From an uncultured Bacteroidales bacterium (GTDB lineage Bacteria > Bacteroidota > Bacteroidia > Bacteroidales > UBA932), in assembly GCA_947305645.1 (NCBI GenBank), contig CAMZEC010000001.1, forward strand, positions 44,880-108,879: a DNA stretch of 64,000 nucleotides. Reading direction: 5' to 3'. The notes under the pieces are model-generated. The model was not told the DNA's origin. It was given only the letters and a program-made list of their open reading frames with translations, and did not search any database. Both the position numbers and the translations under genes were made by a program. Position 1 is the first letter of the stretch. Each line of letters opens with the position of its first letter. This document shows positions 28,515 through 39,700 of the stretch, one piece after another.

Positions 28515-29150
28515 ATGAAACGTATACTTATCACTACTTTTGCACTCCTGGCACTGTGTGCGGGAGCTGCCGCGCAGGACACCTGGTTCTGCGGCGAGCC
28601 CGGAACCAAGCTCAGCTATGTTAAGAAAGAGGCCAAGAGCGGCGCCGAGTCCAAGTATGATTACTATATCAAGGAAAAAATCGTCAAGGACGGCCGCACC
28701 ACCATTACCTTCGACGTGGCTATTCCCGGCCAGGCAGGATCAAACGGATGCCAGGTCTGGACAGAAAACGGCGTTTTCCATAACGATGTAAGCGCCTCCC
28801 TCGGCCAGCAAGGCAAAGGTATTACGGCGAAGGGAAATGCTCCGTTGCTTCCTGAGGCCCCCGAGGTGGGCATGACTCTGCAGGACTGCACGGTGGTTAT
28901 AGACGCCCTTATGCTCACCAGTGAGTATTCGAAGGTTCGTTTTTATGAGAACGGAGACGTTACGGTGCCTGCAGGAACATTCCATTGCTGGTGTCTGGAG
29001 TACGACATCGTAGACACGGTCATGGGCCTCAAGGCGCGTAACCATGTTCAGCAGTGGTATGCAAAGGGTGTCGGCGAGGTTAAGTCGGTCACCAAAAATA
29101 TGAGCGGAAGGGTCGTCTCGGAGACTTCTCTCGCCCAGATAGTTAAGTAG
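28515..29150 (+). CDS. Exported hypothetical protein (DUF3108-like)
   Basis: Signal peptide; VTVPAGTF.C and WYAKGVG.VK motifs; TATATTTG at 28490. Confidence 0.7.
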   Translation: MKRILITTFALLALCAGAAAQDTWFCGEPGTKLSYVKKEAKSGAESKYDYYIKEKIVKDGRTTITFDVAIPGQAGSNGCQVWTENGVFHNDVSASLGQQGKGITAKGNAPLLPEAPEVGMTLQDCTVVIDALMLTSEYSKVRFYENGDVTVPAGTFHCWCLEYDIVDTVMGLKARNHVQQWYAKGVGEVKSVTKNMSGRVVSETSLAQIVK

Positions 29151-31131
29151 AAGGTTTTTCTACTGTCATTTCACAGCGGCTGCAGTCGAAGCGAAGGGCT
29201 AGACGGCGGCCGTTGTTTATTAGATACAGCGGCCCGCTTTCTTTCGCCCCCTGAAACCTGGGACACATTCCCAACTCAAATCTAACGCAGTATTTCGTCC
29301 GCATAAGCTCGCGATTATTCGTTCCGGAGGTGGTACCTCCCGGATCTTCGCTTCGCTCATCCCTCCCACTGCGCTGCGCTTGTGGGCCCCTCCCGTTCAC
29401 GTGGCCACGGGCGGCCACGGCTCCTGGAGGTACCACCTCCGTCACTCCTTCGCTCGCTGACTGTTCGCTGCAGTTTTGGAGGACCGAAGGTCCGACGCAG
29501 GGGGTTTCGGGGGGTACGCCCCCCGTCCCCTGGGGGTGCAGGGGGATAGTAGCGATCTGCAAAGCAGATCCTGGAGATACCACCTCCGCCACTCCTTCGC
29601 TCGCTGCAATATTTGTCATGTTGAGCGGTAGCGAAACATCTTCAGCCAGCAAGCGCCGCATGGCGTTGATCGTGCTGGCACTCAGGAGCGGAAGTGCACC
29701 GCCGCGTGTTTCGACGGACAGGGAGCGGACGCGGAAAGAATAAACCCCGCTACGCTTGGAAAGCTGCTCCCGCAGCATGGCCTCGGCGCGCTCGCGGTTC
29801 TCCGCCTTCTCTACGTCGGTATGGAAAGGACTCACCGCCCGGCGGCCGTCTTCGGTCTCGGCCGTAAGCTCAATTACAAAGTCCCCGTAGATGCGGACGT
29901 CAACGTCCACGGAAACCTCCCTCCGGGGCGTGCGGGCCTCGATTTCCCGCTCGAAGGCAGCGTTTATGTTCCTATACAGACGCATCCTCGGGCGCAGGCC
30001 GTCGATGCGCTTGCAGAAGATGCTCAGCCCTTCGCAGCGGTCGCCGCGAAAACCGGCTATCGCATCCTTATTCACGAACGCGAAGCCGTCGCCGTTAGCC
30101 AGCTGCAGGTCCCGCGAGGCCGGGCGTACCGTCACTTGCAGCATGCCGCCGGAGGGCCGCACGGAGGCAACCTCTCCTATGAATTCCCCCATCGACTTGG
30201 GAGCATCCATAGATGACCACTTGCCCCGTTTGCCGTCCAGCCACCATTGAGTGTAGCCGCGGTTGAAGGTCTTGTCCGAATCGGGCGTGAAGCCGCCGGA
30301 GACCTTTCCGAATGAGGCTCTGCGGTATCGGTCGGGGTAGCGGGCCACCAGCTCGTCCAGCGCCAGGCTGTACTCGCGCACCACGTTCTTCACGTAGGAG
30401 GCGTTCTTCAGCCGTCCCTCTATCTTAAAGGAGCACACCCCCGCGTCCGCAAGCTCCTCCAGGCGGTCGAGCAGCTTGAAGTCGCGCAGCGACAGGAGGG
30501 CCTTGTTGCGTACCAGAGTGCGCCCGGAGGCGTCCTGAAGGTCATACAGGGAGCGGCAGGCCTGGATGCATTCGCCCCTGTCGGCGCTGCGTCCGTCGAG
30601 GTACTCGGAGAGCCGGCAGTCACCGCTGTAGCACACGCAGAGCGCCCCGTGGACGAAGAACTCCACTTCGCAGCTCACGGAGGCGCAGATTTCCCGCACC
30701 GTGGCGAGCGACAGGCCTCTTTCAAGAATGATGCGGCTGCAGCCGAGGGCGTCGAAATGCCGTGCCCTCTCCACGTCGCGTATGGCACACTGGGTGGAGG
30801 CGTGCATGGGAATATAGATGTCGGTGAATTCCAGCAGACGCTCCTCCCGGAAGATGATGGCATCTACTCCGGCCTCCTGTGCCTGCAGCATCTGTGAATG
30901 CACTTCCTCCCACTCATCGTCGTACACCAGAGTGTTGACGGTCAGATAGATGCGCACGCCGAAGCGGTGCGCGTACCCGCAGAGCTCCCGTATGTCGTCG
31001 AAGCTGTTTCCGGCAGCCTTGCGGTTGCCGAAGCCCGGGCCTCCGATGTAAACGGCATCGGCACCGCAGTCAATGGCTGCGATGCCGACGTTCTTGTCTT
31101 TCGCCGGAGCAAGGAGCTCTAAAGCGAACAT
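29143..31131 (-). CDS. U32 family peptidase-like protein (RlhA-like RNA hydroxylase, DUF3656-type C-terminus) with an in-frame repeat insertion
   Basis: LELLAPA, GADAVYIG, HASTQ, E.FVHGALCVCYSG.C, RG.C.Q.CR, FKIEGR, LM.TKYC. Confidence 0.88.
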   Translation of the reverse strand: MFALELLAPAKDKNVGIAAIDCGADAVYIGGPGFGNRKAAGNSFDDIRELCGYAHRFGVRIYLTVNTLVYDDEWEEVHSQMLQAQEAGVDAIIFREERLLEFTDIYIPMHASTQCAIRDVERARHFDALGCSRIILERGLSLATVREICASVSCEVEFFVHGALCVCYSGDCRLSEYLDGRSADRGECIQACRSLYDLQDASGRTLVRNKALLSLRDFKLLDRLEELADAGVCSFKIEGRLKNASYVKNVVREYSLALDELVARYPDRYRRASFGKVSGGFTPDSDKTFNRGYTQWWLDGKRGKWSSMDAPKSMGEFIGEVASVRPSGGMLQVTVRPASRDLQLANGDGFAFVNKDAIAGFRGDRCEGLSIFCKRIDGLRPRMRLYRNINAAFEREIEARTPRREVSVDVDVRIYGDFVIELTAETEDGRRAVSPFHTDVEKAENRERAEAMLREQLSKRSGVYSFRVRSLSVETRGGALPLLSASTINAMRRLLAEDVSLPLNMTNIAASEGVAEVVSPGSALQIATIPLHPQGTGGVPPETPCVGPSVLQNCSEQSASEGVTEVVPPGAVAARGHVNGRGPQAQRSGRDERSEDPGGTTSGTNNRELMRTKYCVRFELGMCPRFQGAKESGPLYLINNGRRLALRFDCSRCEMTVEKPST
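29321..29610. repeat. Palindromic repeat family A, in-frame copy in the U32 gene
   Basis: 16-bp perfect IR 29325-29340/29426-29441; 88-nt core 29337-29424 is 87/88 identical to 54585-54672; direct repeat 29423-29459/29570-29606. Confidence 0.9.
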
Positions 31132-31132
31132 A

Positions 31133-32059
31133 TTACTTCAGGGCTGCGAGAGCCTTCTGGGCGTCTGCGTAACCAGCTGCCACTGCCTTCTGGTAGAACT
31201 CCTTGGCCTTGGCGTTGTTCTTGGCGTTCTGATAGAGGGCGCCGACGGTGTAAGCTACCTGACCTGCGTTCTTTGCGGTAGGAGCTGCGTCGAGGTACTG
31301 CTCGAAGTACTTGATGGCGTCGTTGGTCTTGGAAGCATACTGGCAAGCCATACCTGCAATATAGAGGGCGTTGGCGTTCTGTGAGTACTCGTAAGCGGTG
31401 TTGGCGTCCTTGATGGCCTCGGCGAACTTCTTGGCCTTCAGCTGGGTCTGGGCGCTGGAAAGGAACATGGAGCCGAGACGGCTGTGTGCGTTCTTCTCCT
31501 GTCCGTTCTCTGCGGCCAGCTTGTAAGCCTCCACGGCCTCGTCGTTCTTGCCGGCGCTCCTGAGGGCCTCACCCTTCTGGAAAGCGGCATTGCCGTTGGC
31601 GGGGTCAAGTTCCAGAACCTTGGTGAAAGCATCGGCTGCACCGGCGAAATCATGAGCCTTGAGCAGGGAAGATCCCTTCTGCATAAGAACCTGAGGTACA
31701 AGACCTTCGGCTTTTGCGGCCAGCTCCTCGTCACCGTACTCCTTTGCAACGGCAGCGGTCTCCTGGAATTTGGCAACAGCCTCGTCGTATTTCTTTTCCT
31801 GCAGAAGACCCTTTGCGATAGCGTTTATGGTCTTGGGAATGATATCCTTGCAGGTAGCGACCAGTTCAAGTCCTTCGTCACCGCAAGCCTCGGCCATCTT
31901 GAGGGCCTCCTGGAATCCTTTGAGCGCGGTAGCATATTCACCGGCGCCGAGGGACTCGTTGGCAAGTTTAGCGGTCTCTGTGGCTTCCGCCATACTCTGT
32001 GCGGAAAGCATGGTAGCAGCTGCGAAAAGTGCTGCGAGGGAAACTAAAATCTTTTTCAT
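31133..32059 (-). CDS. Exported tetratricopeptide repeat protein
   Basis: Signal peptide, repeated A..Y.KA/G..Y TPR pattern. Confidence 0.85.
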   Translation of the reverse strand: MKKILVSLAALFAAATMLSAQSMAEATETAKLANESLGAGEYATALKGFQEALKMAEACGDEGLELVATCKDIIPKTINAIAKGLLQEKKYDEAVAKFQETAAVAKEYGDEELAAKAEGLVPQVLMQKGSSLLKAHDFAGAADAFTKVLELDPANGNAAFQKGEALRSAGKNDEAVEAYKLAAENGQEKNAHSRLGSMFLSSAQTQLKAKKFAEAIKDANTAYEYSQNANALYIAGMACQYASKTNDAIKYFEQYLDAAPTAKNAGQVAYTVGALYQNAKNNAKAKEFYQKAVAAGYADAQKALAALK

Positions 32060-32184
32060 ATCTCAACAGTTTTTAGTATCGTTCCTGAATCGAGCGACAA
32101 ATTTAGCAAAAATATTACATTTTGTGTGCCAAAATGTTTTACCTTTGTCTTACAAGCACTAAAACTACAGAAATTTATACCCAG

Positions 32185-33597
32185 ATGTCAGATGTGAAAT
32201 ACAGGGTCGAAAGCGACCTGCTTGGCGAACTCAAAGTGCCCGCCGACGCTTATTATGGAGTCCAGACCCAGAGGGCTCTTGATAATTACAAGATATCTAC
32301 AACCAGGATGTGCCACTATCCGGAGTACATCATCGCAATGGCATACGTCAAGATGGCGGCCGCCGCTGCAAATGCCGAACTGGGCGTTCTGGACCGCAAG
32401 ATTGCTGATGCCATCATAGACGCCTGCAAGGAGATAGTCGATGGCAAGCTGCACGACCAGTTCCCCGTAGACATGATGCAGGGCGGTGCCGGAACATCCG
32501 TGAACATGAACGCCAACGAAGTTATCGCCAACCGTGCACTGGAACTGATGGGCCACAAGAAAGGCGAGTACCAGTTCTGTTCTCCCAACGACCATGTGAA
32601 CTGCGCCCAATCCACCAACGATGCGTATCCTACGGCCTTCCGTTACACTTTCGTGCGCATGAACCGCCACCTGGAGAGGGCCCTGAAAGACCTTATCTCC
32701 GCCTTCCGGGCCAAGGGTGAGGAGTTCTCCGACATAATCAAGATGGGCCGTACCCAGCTGCAGGACGCTGTACCCATGACCTCCGGCCAGGAGTTCAACG
32801 CCTTTGCCAACAACCTGGAGGAAGAAATCGCCAACCTGGAGCGCAACGTGGTGCTGCTTAAGGAGATCAACATGGGCGGAACCGCCATCGGAACGGGCCT
32901 GAATGCCGTTCCCGGTTTTGCGGAGCTTTGCACCAGGCGCCTCAGCGAGTTCAGCGGCGACAGCTTCGAGAAAGCCCCCGACCTCGTGGAGGCGACCCCC
33001 GACACCGGCGCCTACGTGAGCTATTCAGCAGCCCTCAAGCGTCTGGCCGTCAAACTCAGCAAGATCTGCAACGACCTTCGCCTCATGGCATCCGGCCCCC
33101 GCTGCGGCCTTCACGAGATCAATCTGCCCCCTATGGCCCCCGGTTCCTCTATCATGCCCGGAAAGGTTAATCCCGTTATCCCCGAGGTGACCAACCAGGT
33201 GTGCTTCAAGGTGATAGGCAACGATACCACCGTAGCCTTCGCCGCCGAGGCCGGACAGCTGCAGCTGAACGTAATGGAACCCGTCATCGTGCAGTCCATC
33301 CTGGAGAGCCAGACTTGGCTGACCAACGTGATGGATACCCTTCGCACGCGCTGCATCGACGGCATCACGGTCAACGCAGAGCACTGCTACAAGATGGTCA
33401 AGAATTCCATTGGAATCGTCACCGCCCTTAACCCCTACATTGGCTACAAAACCTCTACCAAAGTGGCTAAGGAGGCTCTTGAGACGGGAGGCAGCGTGTA
33501 CGACCTGGTGCTCGAGCACGGCTATATGACCAAGGAAAAACTGGATGAGGCTCTGGATCCCAAGGCAATGACCGCTTCGCACGAGTTTCTGAAGTAA
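32185..33597 (+). CDS. aspA: Aspartate ammonia-lyase
   Basis: [45 protein letters not shown]. Confidence 0.95.
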   Translation: MSDVKYRVESDLLGELKVPADAYYGVQTQRALDNYKISTTRMCHYPEYIIAMAYVKMAAAAANAELGVLDRKIADAIIDACKEIVDGKLHDQFPVDMMQGGAGTSVNMNANEVIANRALELMGHKKGEYQFCSPNDHVNCAQSTNDAYPTAFRYTFVRMNRHLERALKDLISAFRAKGEEFSDIIKMGRTQLQDAVPMTSGQEFNAFANNLEEEIANLERNVVLLKEINMGGTAIGTGLNAVPGFAELCTRRLSEFSGDSFEKAPDLVEATPDTGAYVSYSAALKRLAVKLSKICNDLRLMASGPRCGLHEINLPPMAPGSSIMPGKVNPVIPEVTNQVCFKVIGNDTTVAFAAEAGQLQLNVMEPVIVQSILESQTWLTNVMDTLRTRCIDGITVNAEHCYKMVKNSIGIVTALNPYIGYKTSTKVAKEALETGGSVYDLVLEHGYMTKEKLDEALDPKAMTASHEFLK

Positions 33598-33613
33598 TTA
33601 CTATATTTGTAAT

Positions 33614-36172
33614 GTGAAAACATTGCGAATATTGAGTACAGGCTTGTGTGCGGTTCTCGCGCTGCTTTGCTGCAGCGCACTGCGTGCGCAAAGCCTTCCG
33701 ACCCTCGGGAAGGCATCCGAAATCGTTACCGGAAGCCTTCCCGACGGCATATCATACTATCTCATAAACAACGCCAATACGCCCGGCTTTGCGGATTTCG
33801 CCCTTGTGCAGCCGCAGCGTACAGACAGGGTTTCCCCGAGGGACGACCTGGCGGGCCTGCCGCATTTCTTCGGCCGCAAGCCTTGTGACTTCCTGGGCGA
33901 TTATGCCGTGGGCTATGGCCGCAAAGGCTTCATAGAGCACACCAGGGATGCTACGGTGTTCCGTTTTGCAAACGTACCGGTGTCCAGCCCCGAAGTTACC
34001 GACTCCACCCTTTTGATGCTGTTCGACATTGCCCGCTCGTCCAAATATGCCCAGGCGATAGTTGTGAGCGGCAACATCGACGTGCCGGCCGTGATCGAGC
34101 GCATACGCATCCTGTCCATGACCATTTCCCGCAGGGAGCCTGCAGATGACGAATATGGTTACAGCTGGAATCAGCAGGACAAGGCTATAATAACCACCAC
34201 TACCAGGCCGGTTGCGTCAATTACCGCCATTTACCGTTCGCCGCGCAGCGACAGGGAACTCATGAACACCATTCAGCCGGTTATGAGCCACCTGCTCGCC
34301 AACGAGACGGATATAATTCTGAAGAGGCGTATCACGGCCGCTTTCACAAAGGCTGACTTGCCGCTGGCAGACTACCGTTTCGTTTATACGGGCAGCGAGA
34401 ACACTTCCGGAGACGAACTCATAAGCATCAGCGTCCTGACCGCAAGCGACAAGATGGAAGAGGCCCTGCGTACCCTGTCCGGCGTGCTTTCCACTATGGA
34501 CTCGGACGGCGCAACCATGGACGAGGTCTTCTTTGCCCGAACCGTGATAGCGGAGTCTATGCCTCGTGAATACCATAATTACAAGACCGTCAATGAAGAA
34601 TACCTGAACAAGTGTATCGCTTCTTACCTGTACGGCAGCAACCTTGCTCCCACGACTTCTTTGAGCAAGGTGTTCTCTGCCCGCAAGCTGGACCTCGGAC
34701 GCGAGCGCGAACTGCTCAACCGTTATATCTCTGCGGTGCTCTCGCCCGACCACAATCTCCATCTGCGTGTGGGCGCTCCGGTGGCTCCTGACTCTGAAAA
34801 GGTGCGTAAGGTATTCATGGAGGGATGGGCAGAAGGCAGTACTGTGATACCTGAGATGCCGACAGCTGCAGACACCCTCAAGCTGGCGGTTTCCCGCCGC
34901 AAGGTCAAGCTGAAATCGACAGCCAAAGACAGCTTCACCGGCGGAAAGCTGTGGAACTTCTCCAATGGTATCAGCGTCATTTACAAGAAAACGGCAGATG
35001 TGGGCGCCTTCCACTACGGATTCATGCTCAAGGGCGGCTGGGCGGAGATTCCCGGCATCAAAGGTACGGAGCCTGCTTTCGTGCAGGACGTTCTGGCGCT
35101 CGGCAAGATAGGCGGGCTCGAGGCAGCGCAGCTGCAGGATCTGCTTAGCATGTACGGGGTGTCGTTTACCCCCAGCATCACCATGTCGGACGTGCGCTTT
35201 ACCGGTGCCGCTCCCACGTCGTCCCTGTCGCTGGTGTTAAAGACTATGGTGGCCGTTGCCAACAATTACCAACCCGATTCCGGAGCCTTTGGCCGCTACC
35301 TCAAGGAGGAGCCTGTGAGGCTGATACGGGACAAGTTTACAGATGAAGGCACACGTGCCGTGCTCGACAGCCTGATGTGCCCCGATTATGAATTTGCCGC
35401 CGGAAGCTTGCCGGAACTGCCGTCGGAAGATCTGGATCTGCGTATCGGCAACTATATGATACAGAAAGGTTCCAGCATAAAAAACTGCGTTATAGTGCTG
35501 GTAGGCGACCTGAGCGAGGAAATCACCCAGAAGCTGCTCTGCCAGACCCTCGGGTCTTTGCGTACGGGCCAGCAGAGGGTGACACGCCCAAGGATGTCCT
35601 ACCCGCTACGCCGCTGCTGGAGTACGATTGGCGTACAGCACGACTGGCGCAGCCGCAGCGTGAACGTAGCCCTTTCCGCTCTCTGGCCGTTCGGGGCTGA
35701 GGGGTACAGCCAGATGAACCTGGCCTGCACGGTGCTCAAGGCCGAGCTGGACAAGGCTCTGATGCGTGACGGCATGTACAGTGTCGTTACCTGCCGTTCC
35801 GACATGCTGCCTGCGGAAAAGATGACCATACACATCCACTGCGAGCCGATTATTTCGTCCGGATTGCCGTCGGATGTTACCCCGGCCCTGCCGGTGCAGT
35901 CCCTGATGACCGTGCGTTCCGTAATCAACCGTCTTGCAACAAGCGAGATAGACGCCGATAAGCTGAAGCTTTGCAAGACCATGTTGACCAACCGCTTCAA
36001 GGCGGAAGAGGGCAGTACTGCCCTGCTTCGCGACGCCGTGCTGGATCGCGGCTCCGTCGGCCAGGATGTCCGTGCCGGTTACGCCCAGCGAATCAAGGCG
36101 GTAAGTGCGTCCGACCTGCAGAAGCTCTTCTCTACCCTTACCGGCTCCCATGCCGAGTACATAGTCCAATGA
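33614..36172 (+). CDS. M16 (insulinase/PqqL-like) protein, probably catalytically inactive
   Basis: G.LPDG.SYY and W.FSNG..V.YKKT domain starts; GLPHFFGR in place of GLAHFLEH. Confidence 0.7.
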   Translation: MKTLRILSTGLCAVLALLCCSALRAQSLPTLGKASEIVTGSLPDGISYYLINNANTPGFADFALVQPQRTDRVSPRDDLAGLPHFFGRKPCDFLGDYAVGYGRKGFIEHTRDATVFRFANVPVSSPEVTDSTLLMLFDIARSSKYAQAIVVSGNIDVPAVIERIRILSMTISRREPADDEYGYSWNQQDKAIITTTTRPVASITAIYRSPRSDRELMNTIQPVMSHLLANETDIILKRRITAAFTKADLPLADYRFVYTGSENTSGDELISISVLTASDKMEEALRTLSGVLSTMDSDGATMDEVFFARTVIAESMPREYHNYKTVNEEYLNKCIASYLYGSNLAPTTSLSKVFSARKLDLGRERELLNRYISAVLSPDHNLHLRVGAPVAPDSEKVRKVFMEGWAEGSTVIPEMPTAADTLKLAVSRRKVKLKSTAKDSFTGGKLWNFSNGISVIYKKTADVGAFHYGFMLKGGWAEIPGIKGTEPAFVQDVLALGKIGGLEAAQLQDLLSMYGVSFTPSITMSDVRFTGAAPTSSLSLVLKTMVAVANNYQPDSGAFGRYLKEEPVRLIRDKFTDEGTRAVLDSLMCPDYEFAAGSLPELPSEDLDLRIGNYMIQKGSSIKNCVIVLVGDLSEEITQKLLCQTLGSLRTGQQRVTRPRMSYPLRRCWSTIGVQHDWRSRSVNVALSALWPFGAEGYSQMNLACTVLKAELDKALMRDGMYSVVTCRSDMLPAEKMTIHIHCEPIISSGLPSDVTPALPVQSLMTVRSVINRLATSEIDADKLKLCKTMLTNRFKAEEGSTALLRDAVLDRGSVGQDVRAGYAQRIKAVSASDLQKLFSTLTGSHAEYIVQ

Positions 36173-36741
36173 GTGGGCAATTCGGTACAATCATACAGAT
36201 AGGCGACATCCTTGTGTCTGAGGATGTTGTGCTGGAATACTTTGCCTGCGATTACGAGGCCTGCAAAGGCGCCTGCTGCATAGAAGGCGACGCCGGCGCG
36301 CCCATGGACGAGAGCGAGCCCCAGGCTCTGGAGCGCGATTACGAACGCTATTGCGGCCAGATGCTTCCCGCCGGACGCGAGGCGGTAGCACTGAATGGCT
36401 TTTTCGAGTTGGATAGGGACGGCGACATTGTTACGCCGCTTGTTCCCGGCTCGGGTGTATGTGCCTACGCCTGCTTCAACGACAACGGCGGCTGCATGTG
36501 CGCAATAGAGAAATGCGGCTGCACAAAGCCTGTGTCCTGTTCCCTGTATCCCGTCCGCGTGACGCGATTCAAAGGCGGCGGCATGGCCCTTAACCTTCAC
36601 CGCTGGGACATCTGCAAGCTCGCCTATGAGAAGGGCGCCCGCGAAGGCATACGTGTCTATCAATTTCTGAAAAAACCCCTCTCCGAGGCCTTCGGAGAGG
36701 AGTTCTATGATGCGCTCTGCGCTGCGGCGGAACACCTTTAA
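36169..36741 (+). CDS. DUF3109 family Cys-rich protein
   Basis: F.CD...CKGACCIEGDAGAP, KPVSCSLYPVR. Confidence 0.85.
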   Translation: MSGQFGTIIQIGDILVSEDVVLEYFACDYEACKGACCIEGDAGAPMDESEPQALERDYERYCGQMLPAGREAVALNGFFELDRDGDIVTPLVPGSGVCAYACFNDNGGCMCAIEKCGCTKPVSCSLYPVRVTRFKGGGMALNLHRWDICKLAYEKGAREGIRVYQFLKKPLSEAFGEEFYDALCAAAEHL

Positions 36742-39700
36742 GGTATAGGCTGCCCGTTTTCGTAGAGGGAACCATTGAACGCCTTCACATACATATCAGT
36801 AATGATTATGTCTGAATCGGCGGGAGCTTCGAAGGTGACGTTCACTGTCTTATACCCTCGTGGAATATTCCAGACGTATTGGTTGTTTGAACCGAAGTAT
36901 CTGGCCATCGTGCCGACGGAGGGGGTGATTGTTGCAGGGGCTAATACTTTATTATTCTCTGTCTTAAAGAAGACGTTTACGTAGAACAGCGTTTGATTTG
37001 AATTGAGGCTGGTTATGGTCATTGTGTAGGTGCCGCCGGCCGGCAGGGTAAGTTTGTCGTCCGGAGCAACGGGCAAGTCGTCGAACGACAATTTGACTTT
37101 TCCGCCATCTTGTTCATAGGTATACTCGTAAGGACTGTTGCCAAGTATACTGTTTGAGGCAAAGGCGTTGTTTTTGTTCATGAGCATGGAGCGGATGTTC
37201 CCTTTGAAACGCCCCGCTCGAATAGTCTTGGTTATATACCCGGGTGAAGACAGCACCAATTCTGCATCTGCCAGGCCGCCCACTGATGTCAACTCATATT
37301 CATGGTAGTTGGAGTCTCCCTTCATGTTTCGAGGCCCCGTTGGGGTATTCGGAAATGCTACAGCACAATTCAGGTTGGTAAGAGTGAGGGTTACCTTAGT
37401 ATTCAATTTATCAGGGTGGTCTTTGTATGCGAAAATGACGTTCTTCTTATTGTCTTGATTAATATATCCCCATGCAACGTTGGAGCCGTAAATATTCGTG
37501 TTCCATTCATTGTTGCTTCTCATCAGATGGCCGTCCAGGAACGATGCATAAGGGAAGCGGTAAGATTCTACGTGCGCATCTTCGTAGTCCTCGGCCGACA
37601 GGTCGACGGCAATGTCTGCGTCATTGTCGGTGGTCTCGAAGCTAAGCGTAACATTCTTCGTTCCGGGTCGATATAGATATGATCCGTTGACCGGGCCGGC
37701 ATCTATGCCTTCTGTGGTGCAGACGAGGCCGCGAACCATGATAAGGATTTCCGGCCATATGCCTTGCTCATTTGGTTCGCCCATCTTGAACGACAACGTA
37801 ACCGGTTGGTCGGCTTGCTCCGGGATCGCCTCGTTGAAGCCCAGGTCGCGGAATCTGTGGTAAACAAAATTGTTGAAGCTTGTACTGGCCTTGTCGAAAA
37901 ACTCGTTATATACCCATACGGTGGTGGCACTGTCGTCCCTGTTTGTTATGAAATGGCAGTTCAGGTTCCGCCATACGAATTCATCATCGTCTTCGTAACG
38001 GCTCAGAGTAGTGTATTCCTCCCAGGTAAGGGTACGTATGAACTGGAAAGAGGATTTTCCCTCAAATCCTTCATTCTCGGAAATGGATGCTCCGTAGCTT
38101 ACCGGCAGGTTGTCTCCGCTGGTATTGTCCGGAGTAAGTGTCATGCGCTCGGCCTCAATGGTGAAGTCCAGAGGGAACATGCTCTCTCCCAGGCCGTCAG
38201 GAATGCTGATTATTATTTCCTGCGATGAACCTCGGTCCGGCTCCACGCTGGGGTATTTGCAACTGACCGTCATGGGCTGTATCGGCTGTATGGTAATGCT
38301 GACGTCGCGGTAGAGGCGTCCGAATTCGTGGGTGCCGGTAATACGTATGCTTTGGCTTCTGACCGTCTTGCCGGGGGCCGCGGTTTGGAAGGTGATGGGC
38401 CTCCATCCTTTGCTGCCTGTGTCATCGGACGGGTCCCCTATTGCGAGGTTGGAGATAATGTCGGAGCCGCCATCATCTGCCGGAAGCAGGGTCACGGTAA
38501 CTTTTTTCTCCGACGCGGGACTCATGTCCGGCTCTCCGGTGGAGGTGGATGAGAACCACGCATGCAAATCGTTTACAGGATCGTCCGGCCCGTGAGACTT
38601 TGTGAATGCCTTTGACATCCAGGTCACGTGGAGACGTCCCACGCCGTCGGAGATGTCTGACAGGGATCCCGTTGTGATATCTGCGGATACATCGGCGCTA
38701 CCGGCCGATGCGGCAGCGGCTGCCGGGGTGCTATGGCCCTGGGAAAGAATCTTTTTTACAATTATCTGATATTTGAAATTGCGGTAGATGGGATAATAGA
38801 AAGAATTCCACTGGGTTTCCCCGTCCACTGTTTCCTGCCGGCTTTCCATCAGGTCCACCTTGTAGAAATAGTCTCCGGGCACATTGTTGACGTCTTCGGG
38901 ATTGTCGTAATGCCCGTAGATGATGACGAATGACGGAGGAATTTCGTTGGTTGGTGCCGGGCGCTCATAAAGGTAGACCGCTTCGCCGGCTGCGGCATCG
39001 GCAACACCCTCTCCGAAAGGAGCGGAGAATGCTTCAGCGGAAGGAACCGTCGCATCGAACAATGTGCCGGGAGGCAGGTTGCCGGGGTACTGAATCTCAT
39101 TCTCGAGGTACAGGAAACTCCTGTCCTGGTAATTCGAAATGAATTGCGTCTTTCCGCTGTATGGTACAATGGCGCCGCGCGTCGGTACGTTTACCACGGC
39201 AAGGCTTATAGGGGTAAAGTTGGAGTCTTCTTCTGCCCGGAGAACAATCTTGGACCAGTTTCGTATGAGGGGTATGCCAAGACCGTTGTTGTTGAAAGCT
39301 CTTTCCGTGGCTTCGTCGGCTACATATCTGGTCTTGCCGCGGTCTTCCACTACAGGATAATCATCCGGGTAAATGCCTTCTCCGTCTTCGATTACATCGC
39401 CGTACTTGTCTATGAACCGGCCGTTAACCTGTACCGCGGATATCGAGCTGAGGGTTATCATCTGCCAGTATCCCATATCGCCGTTGGCGGAGAGCAGGGA
39501 AGGCATCACCTTGGTGTCGAATCCGAAAGGAATGGTAGCCGGGCCATTACCTATGAAATGCACGCTTCGTTCTCCGTCCGACAAGGATACAGTAGCCTTG
39601 AAAGAGTATTTAGGTACCACATGCATTACCGGGTGGCCTGTGACTTGTGTGGTCTTTTCACTGGTCGGGTTGCCGCCGTCGTCTTCTACGTAATACAGTG

